Position numbers and translations under genes: made by a program. The notes beneath the pieces were generated by a model that worked only from the letters and a program-made list of their open reading frames with translations, made no database searches and was not told the DNA's origin. From Epithemia pelagica (lineage: Eukaryota; Protista; Bacillariophyta): DNA of 64,000 nucleotides. Shown piece by piece: positions 31,642-43,689 of the stretch (the first letter of the stretch is position 1; each line of letters begins with the position of its first letter). Location: positions 2,232,001 through 2,296,000 of the forward strand of contig OX337240.1 of the NCBI GenBank assembly GCA_946965045.2, written 5' to 3'.

Positions 31642-33432
31642 ATGGTAGTTCGTCTCCTTCCGTCGTCCTTGTCTTCCTCGCCAAGATCGGGCGCGGTGGT
31701 TCGTTTCTTGGGATGGTGGTTCCTCCTGCTCCAAGGGACCATCACAATCACACTGCAGGCAACCACCATTGAGGCAGGAGGCATTCCCACCGAACCAGAA
31801 TTTTTTGCCTTGCAATTTGTCAATCACAACAGGGTTCCGTCGTTGTCCTCTGTGGCCCAAACGAAACGCCGTACGACGAGCAGTCGTCTTCTCTCGAATC
31901 GCACGGTCCAGTCGGACAACGAGGCGACAATGGGCGATAGTAGTACTAGTCTGTATTGGAAACAACGCTTTTATCGCAACAGCGATCACTTTCAAGGACC
32001 CGGACATCCAATTTTACTGATATTGGGTGGAGAATCGGCCATTCCTCCCTCCATGGGAATATTTTATCCAGTCGTTGTAAATGTCTATGCCAAGGCATTT
32101 GGTGCCTTGGTCCTGGAACCGGAACATCGATTTTATGGAGCCTCTCAACCCTTGTCCATTCCTTCGCAACGGATCCGTCCCGATCCTCGCGTTGGTCTCT
32201 TGACGGCCGAACAAGCCTTGCAAGATGCTATGCGATTGACTCAACATTTTCAAGAGTCGTATGGATGTTCGTTGGATCGAATGTCACCCTTGTACTGTCC
32301 TGTTGTTACCATTGGAGGATCGTATCCAGGATTTTTGTCGGCCATGGCCCGACTCCGCTTTCCTCATGTAGTCGACATGGCCTATGCGGCATCGGCACCC
32401 ATGAAATTTTATGCCCAACAAGTGGACCAATATGCCTATTATCATCACATCACGACAGTGGCGGAACACACAGTTCCGGGGTGTGCCTCGTCCGTTCAAG
32501 AAACGCTAGGTATCTTTGTTGATCAAACCAAAGAGCTGAATTCCGTGGACGAGCTCGTACAAGTGGCTCAGGAACTGGGCATTTGCCCCGAGTCGATACC
32601 CACCTACTTGTTGCACGATGCCACCACCTTTCTGGAGGAACTCCTCATGGTGGTTGGATACACGTTTGCCAATCACAACATGGCACATTATCCACCCTCC
32701 AACCAAACGTCCTTGGCCAAGGCCTGTTATACCTTCTTGTCCACCACAATGACACCAATGGAACGTCTTGGCACCTTTTTGGTCCAATCCCTCCATGGTG
32801 CTCGAGATAAAGATCGACCATGTGTGCACTTGACACAAGAATTACCGGCCGGTGCCAATGCGACCTTGTCGGGCGGAGATTGGAGTGGGGTCGGATCGGG
32901 TGGTTCGGGAGAATCCTGGGATTTTCAAACCTGTACCTTACTGGTAGAAGCCATTGGCTTTGCGGGAGGTTCCAGTGACATGTTTCCACCTCGACCATGG
33001 TCCATGGAATGGATGGACCGTCATTGTCAAGCACGATTTGGAGTGTCTCCTCAACCCTACAAGTTGGTACAGGAATGGGGTTATGATGATTTGGTCCACA
33101 AGACCAATGCCAGTCATATACTCTTTACCAATGGCTTGATTGACGGATGGTCGGTTTCCGGCATTCAATACAACTTGTCCGATACCTTGGTGGCCCTGAA
33201 TTTTCCCAATGGGGCCCATCACAGTGATTTGTGGAAAGATGATGTTGAAGCAAATACGCCCGATATCGTGGATGGATTTCGACGCATTCAACAATTGCTG
33301 GGAGAATGGTTGGAAGACTTGCCCAGTTATCGACTGTACAACAAGAGTGCCGTGGTTGCCCTGCCAACCCACAACGAACCGACGAGCAGTGAGAAAGAGG
33401 GAGGACTTCGAGGAGGATCTTCCGTGCAATAG
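31642..33432 (+). CDS. Peptidase family S28 (prolylcarboxypeptidase/DPP-II-like), secreted or lysosomal
   Basis: Signal peptide; EHRFYGAS; nucleophile GGSYPG; NGLIDGW; GAHHSDL. Confidence 0.9.
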   Translation: MVVRLLPSSLSSSPRSGAVVRFLGWWFLLLQGTITITLQATTIEAGGIPTEPEFFALQFVNHNRVPSLSSVAQTKRRTTSSRLLSNRTVQSDNEATMGDSSTSLYWKQRFYRNSDHFQGPGHPILLILGGESAIPPSMGIFYPVVVNVYAKAFGALVLEPEHRFYGASQPLSIPSQRIRPDPRVGLLTAEQALQDAMRLTQHFQESYGCSLDRMSPLYCPVVTIGGSYPGFLSAMARLRFPHVVDMAYAASAPMKFYAQQVDQYAYYHHITTVAEHTVPGCASSVQETLGIFVDQTKELNSVDELVQVAQELGICPESIPTYLLHDATTFLEELLMVVGYTFANHNMAHYPPSNQTSLAKACYTFLSTTMTPMERLGTFLVQSLHGARDKDRPCVHLTQELPAGANATLSGGDWSGVGSGGSGESWDFQTCTLLVEAIGFAGGSSDMFPPRPWSMEWMDRHCQARFGVSPQPYKLVQEWGYDDLVHKTNASHILFTNGLIDGWSVSGIQYNLSDTLVALNFPNGAHHSDLWKDDVEANTPDIVDGFRRIQQLLGEWLEDLPSYRLYNKSAVVALPTHNEPTSSEKEGGLRGGSSVQ

Positions 33433-33814
33433 GCAAGGAAGATCTTTTCCTACGAGACTTCTCGAGACTGAACTCAAATCCCTGAGGAAAACTCGTCTCG
33501 AAATAGGCATGTCTGCTTAGAGTTACACACAAAGAGCCTACTTTTTTATCATATGTGAGTTGAAACCGCTCAATCCTGACGAATGGCACTCTAGACATGA
33601 TGCATGCTTTTCAAATAGATTTCTATATGCGCCTACTTCCACTGACTGTTGATCAACTTTGCTCTTACGCAAAAAAAAAGAAATGAATTACCTTAAGAAT
33701 ACTAGAAAACAACTTACAAAAGGAGACCCTGACTACTAGCAACCAACAACAACCTGCTGTGTGCCACTCTAGAAACCAACAACTTTCGAAATCATCATGG
33801 TGTTCTTGTATTTT

Positions 33815-35397
33815 TTATATTTCTTCTCCATCATCCACCCCCACCCCGGCAAGTTTGGTTGGATCTTCCAATCCCTGTGGAAGTGTTCCCCCCTGTCCCA
33901 ACGTTGGCATGGGCATACCATCGTCATGAGTGCCCACTACTCCCACTGGATTCTCCAGATCGGGTAATTTGTTCATTTTCTTGTTCCCATTGGGACCCTT
34001 TTTGGGTTTGATCGCTTGTTGTTGTTGCTGTTGTTGCTGCTGCTGCATTTGTTGTTGTTGTTGCATTTGCATCATGGTTTGTTGTTGATACATCATCATT
34101 TGCTGCATTTGTTGTTGCCATATGGCTTGTTGTTGTTGCGGCGAGAGATTGGCGGCGAGCATGGCTGGATTCATAAAGGTTGCGGGATGAAACATGGGAG
34201 GGGGCATTCCGGCTGGTGACATCATGCCCACTCCGGCGGCCGCAGCGGCAGCGGTTCCCGGCATGCTGGGCAATAAGGACTGTTGCATGGGGTTGGCTTG
34301 ATACTTGTTGCCGGAATTGCTCGTCATTTGCAAACACAACTCGGGCTTATCCCTTCGAAATAATTTGTGAAAGTAGGCACCCGTTTCCGGTCCTCGAGGA
34401 ACGCGCGTAAAGCCCCATCGATTCAATTTCCTGGTAAAGGAAGTGAACTTGGATGCCTTGAAGAAACGGGGAAGAACCTCTGCGTTGTCGTTGTTGAACA
34501 TCAAAAAGAGAAACACAACAGGTGTGAGCGTTCAATCAGAAATGGAAACGCCACAGCGCCAAAGTACAACGGAGGCAGGTCATCGCCAAAGAATGCTCAT
34601 GGTGCAAACAGCGACAGGAAGATTGATTACATACCTGCAGCAAAGGTTTTCTTCTTGTGAATCTGAAAGCCTGTTCCATGTGGAAGCCATGAGATTATAT
34701 CGGAATGAGTTTCATCGGTCAAAATGTCCATTAGCTGGACGTGGAAACGAGAAACAAAGGAGAATGTGACAACAAGCAAACAGCATCATGGTGTTAGACC
34801 AGGCTCTCTCTCCTCTCTGTAACATTATGTCTCTCTGTCTTTGTGTGTTGTCTCTATTCTATTATACTTCAATAAGAACAGATGACATGGTGGATCCTAG
34901 ATACAAGAAGACGGAAGTGCGGTCACGGCTGCGACACATCGTAGACCGTCAGCAGAGCGTCGCTGAGACCGTCGCACCATGAAGCGACCCAACGACGTCC
35001 ACAAGACATTCACACAACAATTCGAGAGTGCACTCACTTTTTGCGGAAAACTCTTGGGTGCTTGTTCTTCCGTATCATTGTTGTTATCGGTAAGATCGGA
35101 ACAGGCATCGGCATCGTTCGATCGAGCCGTAATGGTTCCGTCCGGTTTGCTCGTGTTGTTGGCGACCGCCGCTGCCATGTTCGTCGTGGTAGGTGCGGCG
35201 ACTACCGCGTGATTTAGGTTCTCATCAGGGTCCACCACCTTGATGCCATCTTCGGTACTGCCTCCCAATACACCCACTCCCCCGCCGACACCAAGGGCGT
35301 CGGTTGATTCCGTCGTTGTGGGAAACACCGAGTGAGGTTCCGCTGCCGATTCGTCCTTGCCGACGGCAGCCACAAGTGCCGTTTCGTCCTCCATCAT
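33815..35397 (-). CDS. Heat shock transcription factor with poly-Gln tail, 3 exons (35038-35397, 34635-34734, 33815-34479)
   Basis: Spliced KSFPQK|LMDILTDETHSDIISWLPHGTGFQIHKKKTFAAE|VLPRFFKASKFTSFTRKLNRWGF with canonical GT-AG junctions in frame. Confidence 0.88.
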
Positions 35398-35970
35398 GGC
35401 GGTTGTTGTTGGCTGGATGACCAATCGCTGTGGTGTGCGTTCGCTCGTGGTGTCGCGCGCCGGCCGTGCAACGCATCGAAACGGAGGAACCAGACACATA
35501 AATGCAGGCGATGACTTTTGAATTTTATATGATGAAATCCATCGCAAAGGCTTGTCTGGCTTCTTGTGGTGACACGGGTATTCAAAAAATTTTAAAATCT
35601 CTAGGATTACAGTGGACTTGGCTACCTATCCCATTGGCCCCATCATATCGATAGCTCGACAAATAGGAGTAGCTAAAAGCACACGTCTTCGTTCTTCCCG
35701 ATCTCGAAGACTGAGGAACTACTCTAGGTACTCCAAACTTACTCAGAATCACAATGACAATCATTCGATGAGATCCTTGGAGCCCGAATTGATTGATTGA
35801 CTGAGCGTTGACACTTTCGTCCGTCTGAATCAACGATCATCGGAGATTTGGAATTTGGGCAGTCCACCACGTTGGCAAAAAAGGCACCCACCAACCAACC
35901 ATCGAGTCCAAGACGACGACCCAACGACCAAAGCATCCCAAGTTCGGTCCATGTATGTATACGGTTCTCA

Positions 35971-37029
35971 TCATGAGGCTTGTGTTTGTCGTTGGGCCTG
36001 GAGGGCATGGGAGTACACCACGACCGGATTGGTGGGTTCCTGAAAATACAAGGCATCTTGTGGATCCAGATAGGCGGCCACCAACAAATTCCCTTGCATT
36101 GTACTTGAGTCGTCCAGGGACTGTTGCCAGGTCCAATACAAGCCATAATTGGTCGTGACTTGACGCGGCACTCCAACGGTCGATCCCGTTCCAAAGGTGA
36201 CTTGTTTGATATGCTCACTCGCCACAAAGACCCGAGTCGTCGTCAACGTCGCTGGCCCCGTTGGTTGTTGGACGGTATATTCTTCCGAGTCTCGTGCATT
36301 GCAAAACAATTCGATGCGTTCGGCATTGACGGTCCGATAGGGGACAAATGCAATCGACACTCGATTGGGATTGGTTCCACCATTGTACACGACGGATTGG
36401 ACAGCGGTATAGCCCAAATAGGCATTCAACACCTGTGACAGATTCCATGGACGATCTTCCCATCCCGTGTGTGCATCGATGCGCATCGAATAGGCGGGGA
36501 CCGATTCCTTGCCCACGTCGGCCGTGGCGGCAATGGAACATTTTTGAAAGCCGGGAACCACCACATCTTGCATTAACTGTGATTTTGGAATGGTGGCGCT
36601 GGGAAAAAGATAACCGGAAAAGTGACTGGAAATTTGCCATTCGCCCCGCATCCACGGCGGATACACTTGCACGGCCGGTGGAACATTGAACAAGGGATTG
36701 CGCAATTGTTGAGGATCACGAGAGAGCAACTTGGAGGCCAAACCATTGCGGGAATACGACGACGACGTGGTGGTGGTGGACGGAGCGGCCCAGGCTGCTG
36801 CGGGATCGAGAGGGGACGAGAGGGAGCTTCCCACTCCTGCAACGACAGCGTGACGCAAAAAGCTTCGTCGACCCTCCGCACCCTTCCACAGCTCCAATGC
36901 CACAACTTGTGGTCGGTCTTGCTGTACCATGGTGAGCACAAGTAGCAGTTGCGCCACGAATAATAGGACCCGTTCCATTCTCCTCCTCATGGTAGAGTGC
37001 CGTCGCGACCGGATCCTCGTCCTTGTCAT
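35971..37029 (-). CDS. DUF6816-like protein, probably plastid/thylakoid-lumen targeted
   Basis: Signal peptide, then twin-Arg RRSFL plus hydrophobic AxA segment. YP.W..G.W...NPNR motifs recalled from a cyanobacterial/plant family. Confidence 0.5.
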   Translation of the reverse strand: MTRTRIRSRRHSTMRRRMERVLLFVAQLLLVLTMVQQDRPQVVALELWKGAEGRRSFLRHAVVAGVGSSLSSPLDPAAAWAAPSTTTTSSSYSRNGLASKLLSRDPQQLRNPLFNVPPAVQVYPPWMRGEWQISSHFSGYLFPSATIPKSQLMQDVVVPGFQKCSIAATADVGKESVPAYSMRIDAHTGWEDRPWNLSQVLNAYLGYTAVQSVVYNGGTNPNRVSIAFVPYRTVNAERIELFCNARDSEEYTVQQPTGPATLTTTRVFVASEHIKQVTFGTGSTVGVPRQVTTNYGLYWTWQQSLDDSSTMQGNLLVAAYLDPQDALYFQEPTNPVVVYSHALQAQRQTQAS

Positions 37030-37151
37030 TGCGACTTGAATGGGTGTGACTGTGTGTGACACCTCCTAAAAAATTCCAAAGTGCCAATGATGTCAGTACA
37101 TCCGGGTTTTGAAGTCTCGGAATTTTGTGTGCCCATTCTGCTGTTTGGACC

Positions 37152-39849
37152 ATGAGCGGTTCGAACGTTCGGGCTCTTTGGATCACGTACTTGTTCCTGC
37201 TTGGCCATTATCATCATTACTACCTCAATCCTTGTTCGTCTTGTTCCTCCACAAGCGTTGTTGGTGGTGTTGTTGCTTGGAACCAACCACGAGGAACCAA
37301 AGGGACAAGACTTTTGGACGCAGCAGCAGCAAGTGTTGGTAGACGAGGGTTTACTCCGTTCCACCACCACCAACGATCACCCGTTGTGTCACGATTCTTC
37401 ATGGCCACAAGAACCAAGGACGTTCCAGCGGACGACGAACTGGCCATGGACACCACAATGTCCACCTCTCCACCACAGACTGCCATGGACTCCACGACCA
37501 CAACAACGACAATGGCGCAATGGGATGCCGTGGCCCAAGTCTATGTGGGTGGTCAAGTGGCCCGGACTGCCACGGCCGAGGCACAATTGCAAGACTTGAT
37601 GGACGAATGTCATGGAGGATTGGCCATTTTTGGCTATGGATCGCTGTGTTGGAACCCCGGTTCTGGCAGTTTGGCCCATGAGTCGGTACAGGCCGTGTCC
37701 CCGGCCGAAGCTCTGGGCTATCGTCGATGTTGGGCGCAAAAAAGTGCCGATCATCGGGGAGTTCCGCACTTTCCTGGCATTGTCTGTACCCTCCTGCAAG
37801 ATGACGAAGTCGCCGCCTTGAGAGGACCCTTGGATGATTCCTCGAGTGCCGCGTCACAAACCACCACAACAACCACCAATAGTCACGGGAGGAGTCGCAC
37901 CGAAGGTGTCTTGTACCTCGTACCACCGCCCCTGGTGGAGGCTTGTTTGGCCGAATTGGATTTTCGCGAAAAGGGGGGCTATGCGCGAGACATTATTCGT
38001 GTGACCGTGGCGCACCACGACGACAAAAAAGAAGGCCTCCAACAACAGCAACAGCAACGCCATGCCTTGTTGTATCGGGGCACACCGGACAATCCGGCCC
38101 TGTGGCTGCGGGCCTTGAACGATTTGCCCTATGCGGCCGCCGTCATGGCCGTGTCCGTCGGTCCCAGTGTACGTACACAACACACAAGAGACTATGTGTC
38201 GTGTCTGGTGTGTGTGTGTGTGTGTCTGTGTTTGGAACACCAACCCAATGTCTTGCTTGTTCTCTTGTGTGTGTTTTCGTTGTGTTGTGTGTGTCTCCTC
38301 TCTCCTGTTCTATATACAGGGTCGCAACGACGACTATTTGAACCCGCTCAAGGAGTTCTTGATGCAACAATCCATCGAATTGGAGCGATTGAAGCAATGG
38401 GATGATACCCTGGTACTCGCCGACATGGTGCACGCGTACCAAACCAAACAGATTCCCCTCTACTTTATGTATGGAGCCGGGTCCAATCAACACAATCAAT
38501 TGCTCTTGAATAATCCAAAACAAGAACAAGATGGCAGGATTCCCGGCAGTCGGGGAGGGGATGTGGCACAACTCTCGGAAGTCCTCCTCTGTGGAACTCC
38601 TCCTCCTCGTCCCCCATTGCAAGGTGGTTCCACGAAGGATTCCGCCACCACCACCCGGACGGATTGGCCCCAACAAGTGTTTGCCGGTGGAGGTCACAGT
38701 GCTTTGCTGACCGTGACGGGAAACTTGTACCTGTTTGGATGGAACGATCGAGGACAATGCGGACCCCACGCGCCAGAAACTACCGGCCACGACGACAATG
38801 AGTGGATGACGCTTTACACGCCCTTGCCCCAACTCCGAGTGGAAACGTGTGCCTTGGGGTTTGATCATACCCTTATGATTGAAAAGGGCACTGGAACATT
38901 GTGGGGCATGGGAGACAATCGTCGAGGACAAGTCACTGGATCTCTGCATCATCCTGACCATGTGGAGACGCCAATGGTGGTTTTGGAGGAACCCGTGGTC
39001 CATGTGGCATGTGGACTCCATCATTCCGCCGTGATTACCTCTCGAGGCGAAGTGATTGTGTTTGGATGTGGACGGTATGGACAAGCCTTGTCGTCGTCGT
39101 CGTCTGACATGAATGGTTCATTCAACGCCAATCATCATTGTGTGTGGAACAAACGTTGGAAACCACCCGACTGCTCCTTGCAAAAGGTGGCCTGTGGACG
39201 ACGTCATACTGTCGTACTGGACGAACAGGGCCGTGTCTACAGTTGGGGAGACAACAAGTATGGTCAATTGGGTCGTCGGACGACGACGACGACTGTGGGC
39301 GATTCCCATCCACCACCACCGTCGACCAATGACAACACGACTCCCCAACTCATTCAGGGTCCCTGGGAAACGGACGGCCTTACGGTTTGTGACATTTACT
39401 GTGGGTGGTCGCATACCGTGATTCTGGCCCGTTCCACTACTGCTACTGGAACCAACAAGACTGCCGTCTACGGATGGGGTCGCAACGACAAGGGACAACT
39501 CGGACAAGGCAAACCATCCACGGATGCTCCTGCCACGAGCTGTCACGAACCAGTCCGCATGTTTGAAAACGTGGCCGTCACACAAGTGGTTTGTGGATCG
39601 GAATGTACCATGGTGGTGGATGCCATGGAGGACATTTGGGGATGTGGATGGAATGAACATGGCAATTTGGCGCACTCACCCCAAGACTGTCATTTCTTGT
39701 GGGAACCCGTACGTGTCGTTGCCGACGGAGCTCGACGCGTCGCCAATCCTCCCTCCAATCCCGACACGGCGAGGGTCGGATTGGCCGCCGGAGGAGCTCA
39801 CTTTTTGACCCTCCGAGTCGTACCGCCCACGGAACCATCCCATGAATGA
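37152..39849 (+). CDS. ChaC-like gamma-glutamylcyclotransferase fused to RCC1/BLIP-II repeats, 2 exons (intron 38169-38319)
   Basis: ChaC: FGYGSLCW, DHRG...PG, LDFREKGGY, GPS|GRNDDYL. Then repeated AGGGHS, ALGFDH, ACGLHHS, ACGRRHT, CGWSHT with G.N..GQ.G turns. The intron has GT...CAG and a (GT)n tract. Confidence 0.85.
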
Positions 39850-40300
39850 GGAGCGGTGCCCCTGTAAGTAGACTTGAAGCTCATGGTGGTCTCGGAAGTG
39901 TCCTTTATCGTTGTATCTCCGCAGTAGTAGGAGCAATGGTGGATACAATCCTTTGCCCGATTGATCAAACCCATAGAGTTGGACATGGGCGAAATGGAAT
40001 CTCGCGTTGAACGAGCAAAATGGAATGATTCCACAACACCACGTTTAATTGGCAAAGCCATTGTCTGGTAGGCTTGGGCAAATCATCCATCTTGGGCTTG
40101 TACCAGAATATTCGTGGTTTAAATTTGGACCGAACTTTAGACGCGAGACTAGGTAGCAAGAAGAAAAAAGGCAGCAAGCTCTTGTGTACATAGATTTCTA
40201 CTTTGACACCCTTGGACTACTCTTCTACATCATGTCTCTCCCAAATTGACAACAGTACATGAACTTTGGTACTAACACGGCAATGAAACGTCCCCCGTAT

Positions 40301-40396
40301 AGTTTCCCACACCCCTCTCAAAAGTGGCACCCGGTTTTAAACGTCCACAGTTTCCCACACCCATAAAAGTGACACTCGCTTTTTAAACGTCCACAG
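40301..40396 (+). repeat. Two imperfect tandem copies of a 46-48 bp unit
   Basis: AGTTTCCCACACCC...AAAAGTG.CAC...TTTTAAACGTCCAC x2. Confidence 0.8.
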
Positions 40397-40404
40397 CAAC
40401 GACG

Positions 40405-43134
40405 TTACTCATCCGACGATCCATAAACGGTCATGGTTCCAAAGGAAGCGGCACCGCCTTTGGCAAAGGTTTTGCACGAGAACTTGTCAAATTCCACCGT
40501 CAATCCGGTTTTCAACCCTTGTTTCCCCATCGGACATGCGGCAAAAATTCCCACCCGCACGGCATCAACATTGTCCGGGAACATGCCCTGTCGTGTTTGC
40601 GTCCACTGATTGCCATTCATGGAATAAAAGGATTCAAAGGTATTGCCAATGCGTTTCATACAGAGCCAGACACCGGACTGTTGCACAAGTTCCTGTTGCG
40701 GCAGGGGACAAAGCGACCAATCGGTGAAATCCCTCGTCACGGACGTGGAATGATTCAGTACGCCATGGTACTGTTCCAAACACGAAGCTGCCCAAGTCTC
40801 GGCATCGTGTCGAATCATGATTCCCGCCTTGTCGTACATGGTTTCCATTTTGCCCGTGACATGAACCAAGACCTCAAAGTCGCCCGACACCTTGTGCCAA
40901 TAAAAGGGAGCATTGTCCATGATGAAATTGTGTCGTGTTTTTCTCCAATAGTCAGTTTTGGGTGGAACCGTGACGGTGATTTTGCGACCATTTTCCTTAC
41001 AGGATGTTGGTTGATGAGTCCAGGCAATGAGACCGGAGGTTGAAGACGTTTTCTTCCAGGGATCATCACTCCCGCCTTTCTTGTCCTTACTAGCTTTTTT
41101 GCTTTCCTTTTCGTCCTTATTCTTTTCCGCATCCGTCGGTTTCTCCTTATCTTCCTTTTTTGATTTTGCAGGCTTTTCTTTTGAATCTTCCTCCTTGGTC
41201 TTGGAAGAGGAAGCTACAGCATCTGCACCATTCTTTACGTCGTTTTCCTTGTCAGAGGAGGTGCCCTTTTTCTTGTCTTTTTTATGTTTGTCGTTCAAGA
41301 GCTTTTCGGCCTCGGCCGAACTGCTGGTACTGGTGCTGTTTCGACGCGGCTTTTTCCCCTTGCCGTCCTTGCGATTTAGTTTGCTTTCGGCACTGTGGTG
41401 ACTATCGTCAATGCTCGAGGTGCTGTTCCGTCGAGAGGCCTTTTTCTTCTTGCTACTCATGGTGCTCATTTTGCTATGGCCAATGGTATCCAGACTGCTG
41501 CTATGAACGCTGTTTCGACGCCGAGTCTTGCTCTTTCCAGTCATGCTTGTCGTGTTGGTTTCGGTACTGTGTTGACTTGTTTCCATGCTACTTGTACTGT
41601 TTCGTCGTCGTTGCTTATCTTTTCCGCCCGTAACTTTGCTAGTTTTCGAACCGTCTTCTTCTTTTTTGGTTGATTTGCTGCTGGTTGTTTTGTCTTTTTT
41701 CTTGTCGTCCTTTCCGGGCGAAGTTGTTGCCGAGTCATTTTCTTTCTTTTTGGAAGATTTGGGTGACTTGGACCCCTTTTGAGATTCCTCCTTTTCGGCA
41801 TCTTTGTCGGGTTTGGAAGATGCATCTGTCTTCTTTTTGCTCTTTTTCTTGTGTGTCGCTTTCTCGTCCCCTCCGTCAGCTTCTTCTTCCTCCTCCTCTT
41901 CTTGTTCTGGTTTCTCCTCGATTGCCATGGGAGCATCGGGCTTGTCCTTTTTGCTGTGTTTGCCTTTGTTCTTACCTTTTCGACTCGACGATGACGATAC
42001 GGATGCGTCTTCTTGTAGGGCTTTGGTTCGTTCTCGTTTTCGTCGTTCTCTCCGTTCCTTGACTACGGCGGCATCGGTCTTGAGCTTTTTGGCCTCTTTT
42101 TGCCACTTTTCCAAATCCGTGTCAATTTCCTGACTGTTCTTGTCATCCTTATCATCCTCTTGACTGGTTTGACCGAAAAAGGTTTGTTGCGTTTCGGCCA
42201 CATCGTGACAAAAGTCGACCCAGTCATTGTGAATCCCATCTTCAATTTCATTCAAATCTTGTTCCATGGCCCAATCGTCGGCACTTTGGGCCATGGAAAA
42301 GGATTTTTGTTGGGCGGCATTGTCAAAATCCATCCACAAGGTACGCAATTCATCGTATCGTGATTTTTGAAGGGCAGCGGCATCTCGTTGGCGTCGCAAT
42401 TGTCGTCGAACGGCGACACGATCGTCCTTGGTTTGCAAGGAGACGAGTTTTTGGCGCTTCTTTTTGGTCATTTTTTTCGGTTTCTTCTTGTTCTTTTTGC
42501 CCGTGTCGGTGCTTTGATTGTCGTCGTCATCGGTACTCTGATTGTCGTCGTCATCGTCCTCATCGTCCGTATCTCCCCCACCAGGAAGATCGTAGGGTTT
42601 GGGTCGCAACTGATCAATGGCCTTGAGGTATCGAACACGTGCACTTCCATAGGAATTGGCGGGAACAGAATCCTTCAATTCCTGTTGAACAGACGAATTC
42701 AACCGATCCCGTGCCGCCACTTCGGTTTCATTGCGTTGTTGTTGTGTCGCACTGGTTTGCTGACTGGTCACACTTTTGGTGTCATCGGTTTCGACCGTCA
42801 AGTATCCACTTTCTTCAAAGACAATATCTGGTTTGCTCCCAAAAAAGGTGGAATTGTCGGGCGCCTTGAGAGTGTTGTTGTTGGCATTTTTGCCGCTGCT
42901 GCTGGTTGATTTGGCTGGTTTTCCCACAAGAGATGTGGCACTATTCGAGGCGGCAAATTCTTCCAACTTGGCCTTGCGCGAGGCAATGGGTTGAACCGGA
43001 ATGGCACGATTCGGTGACAAGGTGAGATTACTACCACCACCACCGCTATTTGACGTAAAGGAGGAATTCTTTTGCAAGGCGGCCATGCGTTCCTTGACAC
43101 CCGCCATGGTAATGACTTCTTGTTTGTCCACCAT
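40405..43134 (-). CDS. Large Lys/Ser/Asp/Glu-rich low-complexity protein with C-terminal DUF1349 (ConA-like) domain, 909 aa
   Basis: C-terminus TDYWRKT...DNAPF...GDF...YDKAGIMIR...SVTRDFTDWS...VGIFAACP. Confidence 0.8.
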   Translation of the reverse strand: MVDKQEVITMAGVKERMAALQKNSSFTSNSGGGGSNLTLSPNRAIPVQPIASRKAKLEEFAASNSATSLVGKPAKSTSSSGKNANNNTLKAPDNSTFFGSKPDIVFEESGYLTVETDDTKSVTSQQTSATQQQRNETEVAARDRLNSSVQQELKDSVPANSYGSARVRYLKAIDQLRPKPYDLPGGGDTDDEDDDDDNQSTDDDDNQSTDTGKKNKKKPKKMTKKKRQKLVSLQTKDDRVAVRRQLRRQRDAAALQKSRYDELRTLWMDFDNAAQQKSFSMAQSADDWAMEQDLNEIEDGIHNDWVDFCHDVAETQQTFFGQTSQEDDKDDKNSQEIDTDLEKWQKEAKKLKTDAAVVKERRERRKRERTKALQEDASVSSSSSRKGKNKGKHSKKDKPDAPMAIEEKPEQEEEEEEEADGGDEKATHKKKSKKKTDASSKPDKDAEKEESQKGSKSPKSSKKKENDSATTSPGKDDKKKDKTTSSKSTKKEEDGSKTSKVTGGKDKQRRRNSTSSMETSQHSTETNTTSMTGKSKTRRRNSVHSSSLDTIGHSKMSTMSSKKKKASRRNSTSSIDDSHHSAESKLNRKDGKGKKPRRNSTSTSSSAEAEKLLNDKHKKDKKKGTSSDKENDVKNGADAVASSSKTKEEDSKEKPAKSKKEDKEKPTDAEKNKDEKESKKASKDKKGGSDDPWKKTSSTSGLIAWTHQPTSCKENGRKITVTVPPKTDYWRKTRHNFIMDNAPFYWHKVSGDFEVLVHVTGKMETMYDKAGIMIRHDAETWAASCLEQYHGVLNHSTSVTRDFTDWSLCPLPQQELVQQSGVWLCMKRIGNTFESFYSMNGNQWTQTRQGMFPDNVDAVRVGIFAACPMGKQGLKTGLTVEFDKFSCKTFAKGGAASFGTMTVYGSSDE

Positions 43135-43689
43135 GATGGATCAAGGTCAGGGACTCCCAAGCAATGAATTTGAATCAACAAAAACGTTGATTGGTTGGTT
43201 TGGCGTTTCCAAAATGGCGTGGAAGGATGATGGATTTGTCGTTGTTTCCCTTGGTTGAGAGTTAGATAGGACGTATTTGTAGAGGACTCTTGTCCACAAG
43301 AAGAAGTGTTGTTGTTGTTGCAGGCATCCGTCCCAAAGAGGGAGACCCGCACTGTTTGATAGCTTGGGCCTTCCTGTCGGTTTGGGGGTTTGGGGGTTTT
43401 CAACAACGTCACATTGAGGAATTAACCCAAAGGTTCACGTCTGGTTGGGACTTATCTTGGGGAAAGGTAGGGACTAAACTACGCGACCGATGATCTTGAA
43501 AGTCGCTCTTTGTCCGTTTTTGGTCGCTTATGTAAAGGTTCGTCTGTCCGTCGTAAGATCGGACGAAGGCAGTTTTTCTGTTAGGATTTTGTGTGAAACC
43601 CAGCGACAATGACAGGATGATCCGAGCGAGACTTCATTGTGTCAGAGCCGACGTTTTGAATCCAACAGTAGCCGATCATTATCTGCATC

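Noticed and set aside
38190-38300. (GT)n-rich stretch translated as Cys/Val-rich protein
   Set aside because: It is intronic microsatellite-like sequence; splicing restores the ChaC motif.
40301-40396. CRISPR-like array or mobile element
   Set aside because: Only two adjacent imperfect units with no spacers, in a eukaryotic 3' region. No CRISPR, rRNA or tRNA gene was recognised anywhere in the window.
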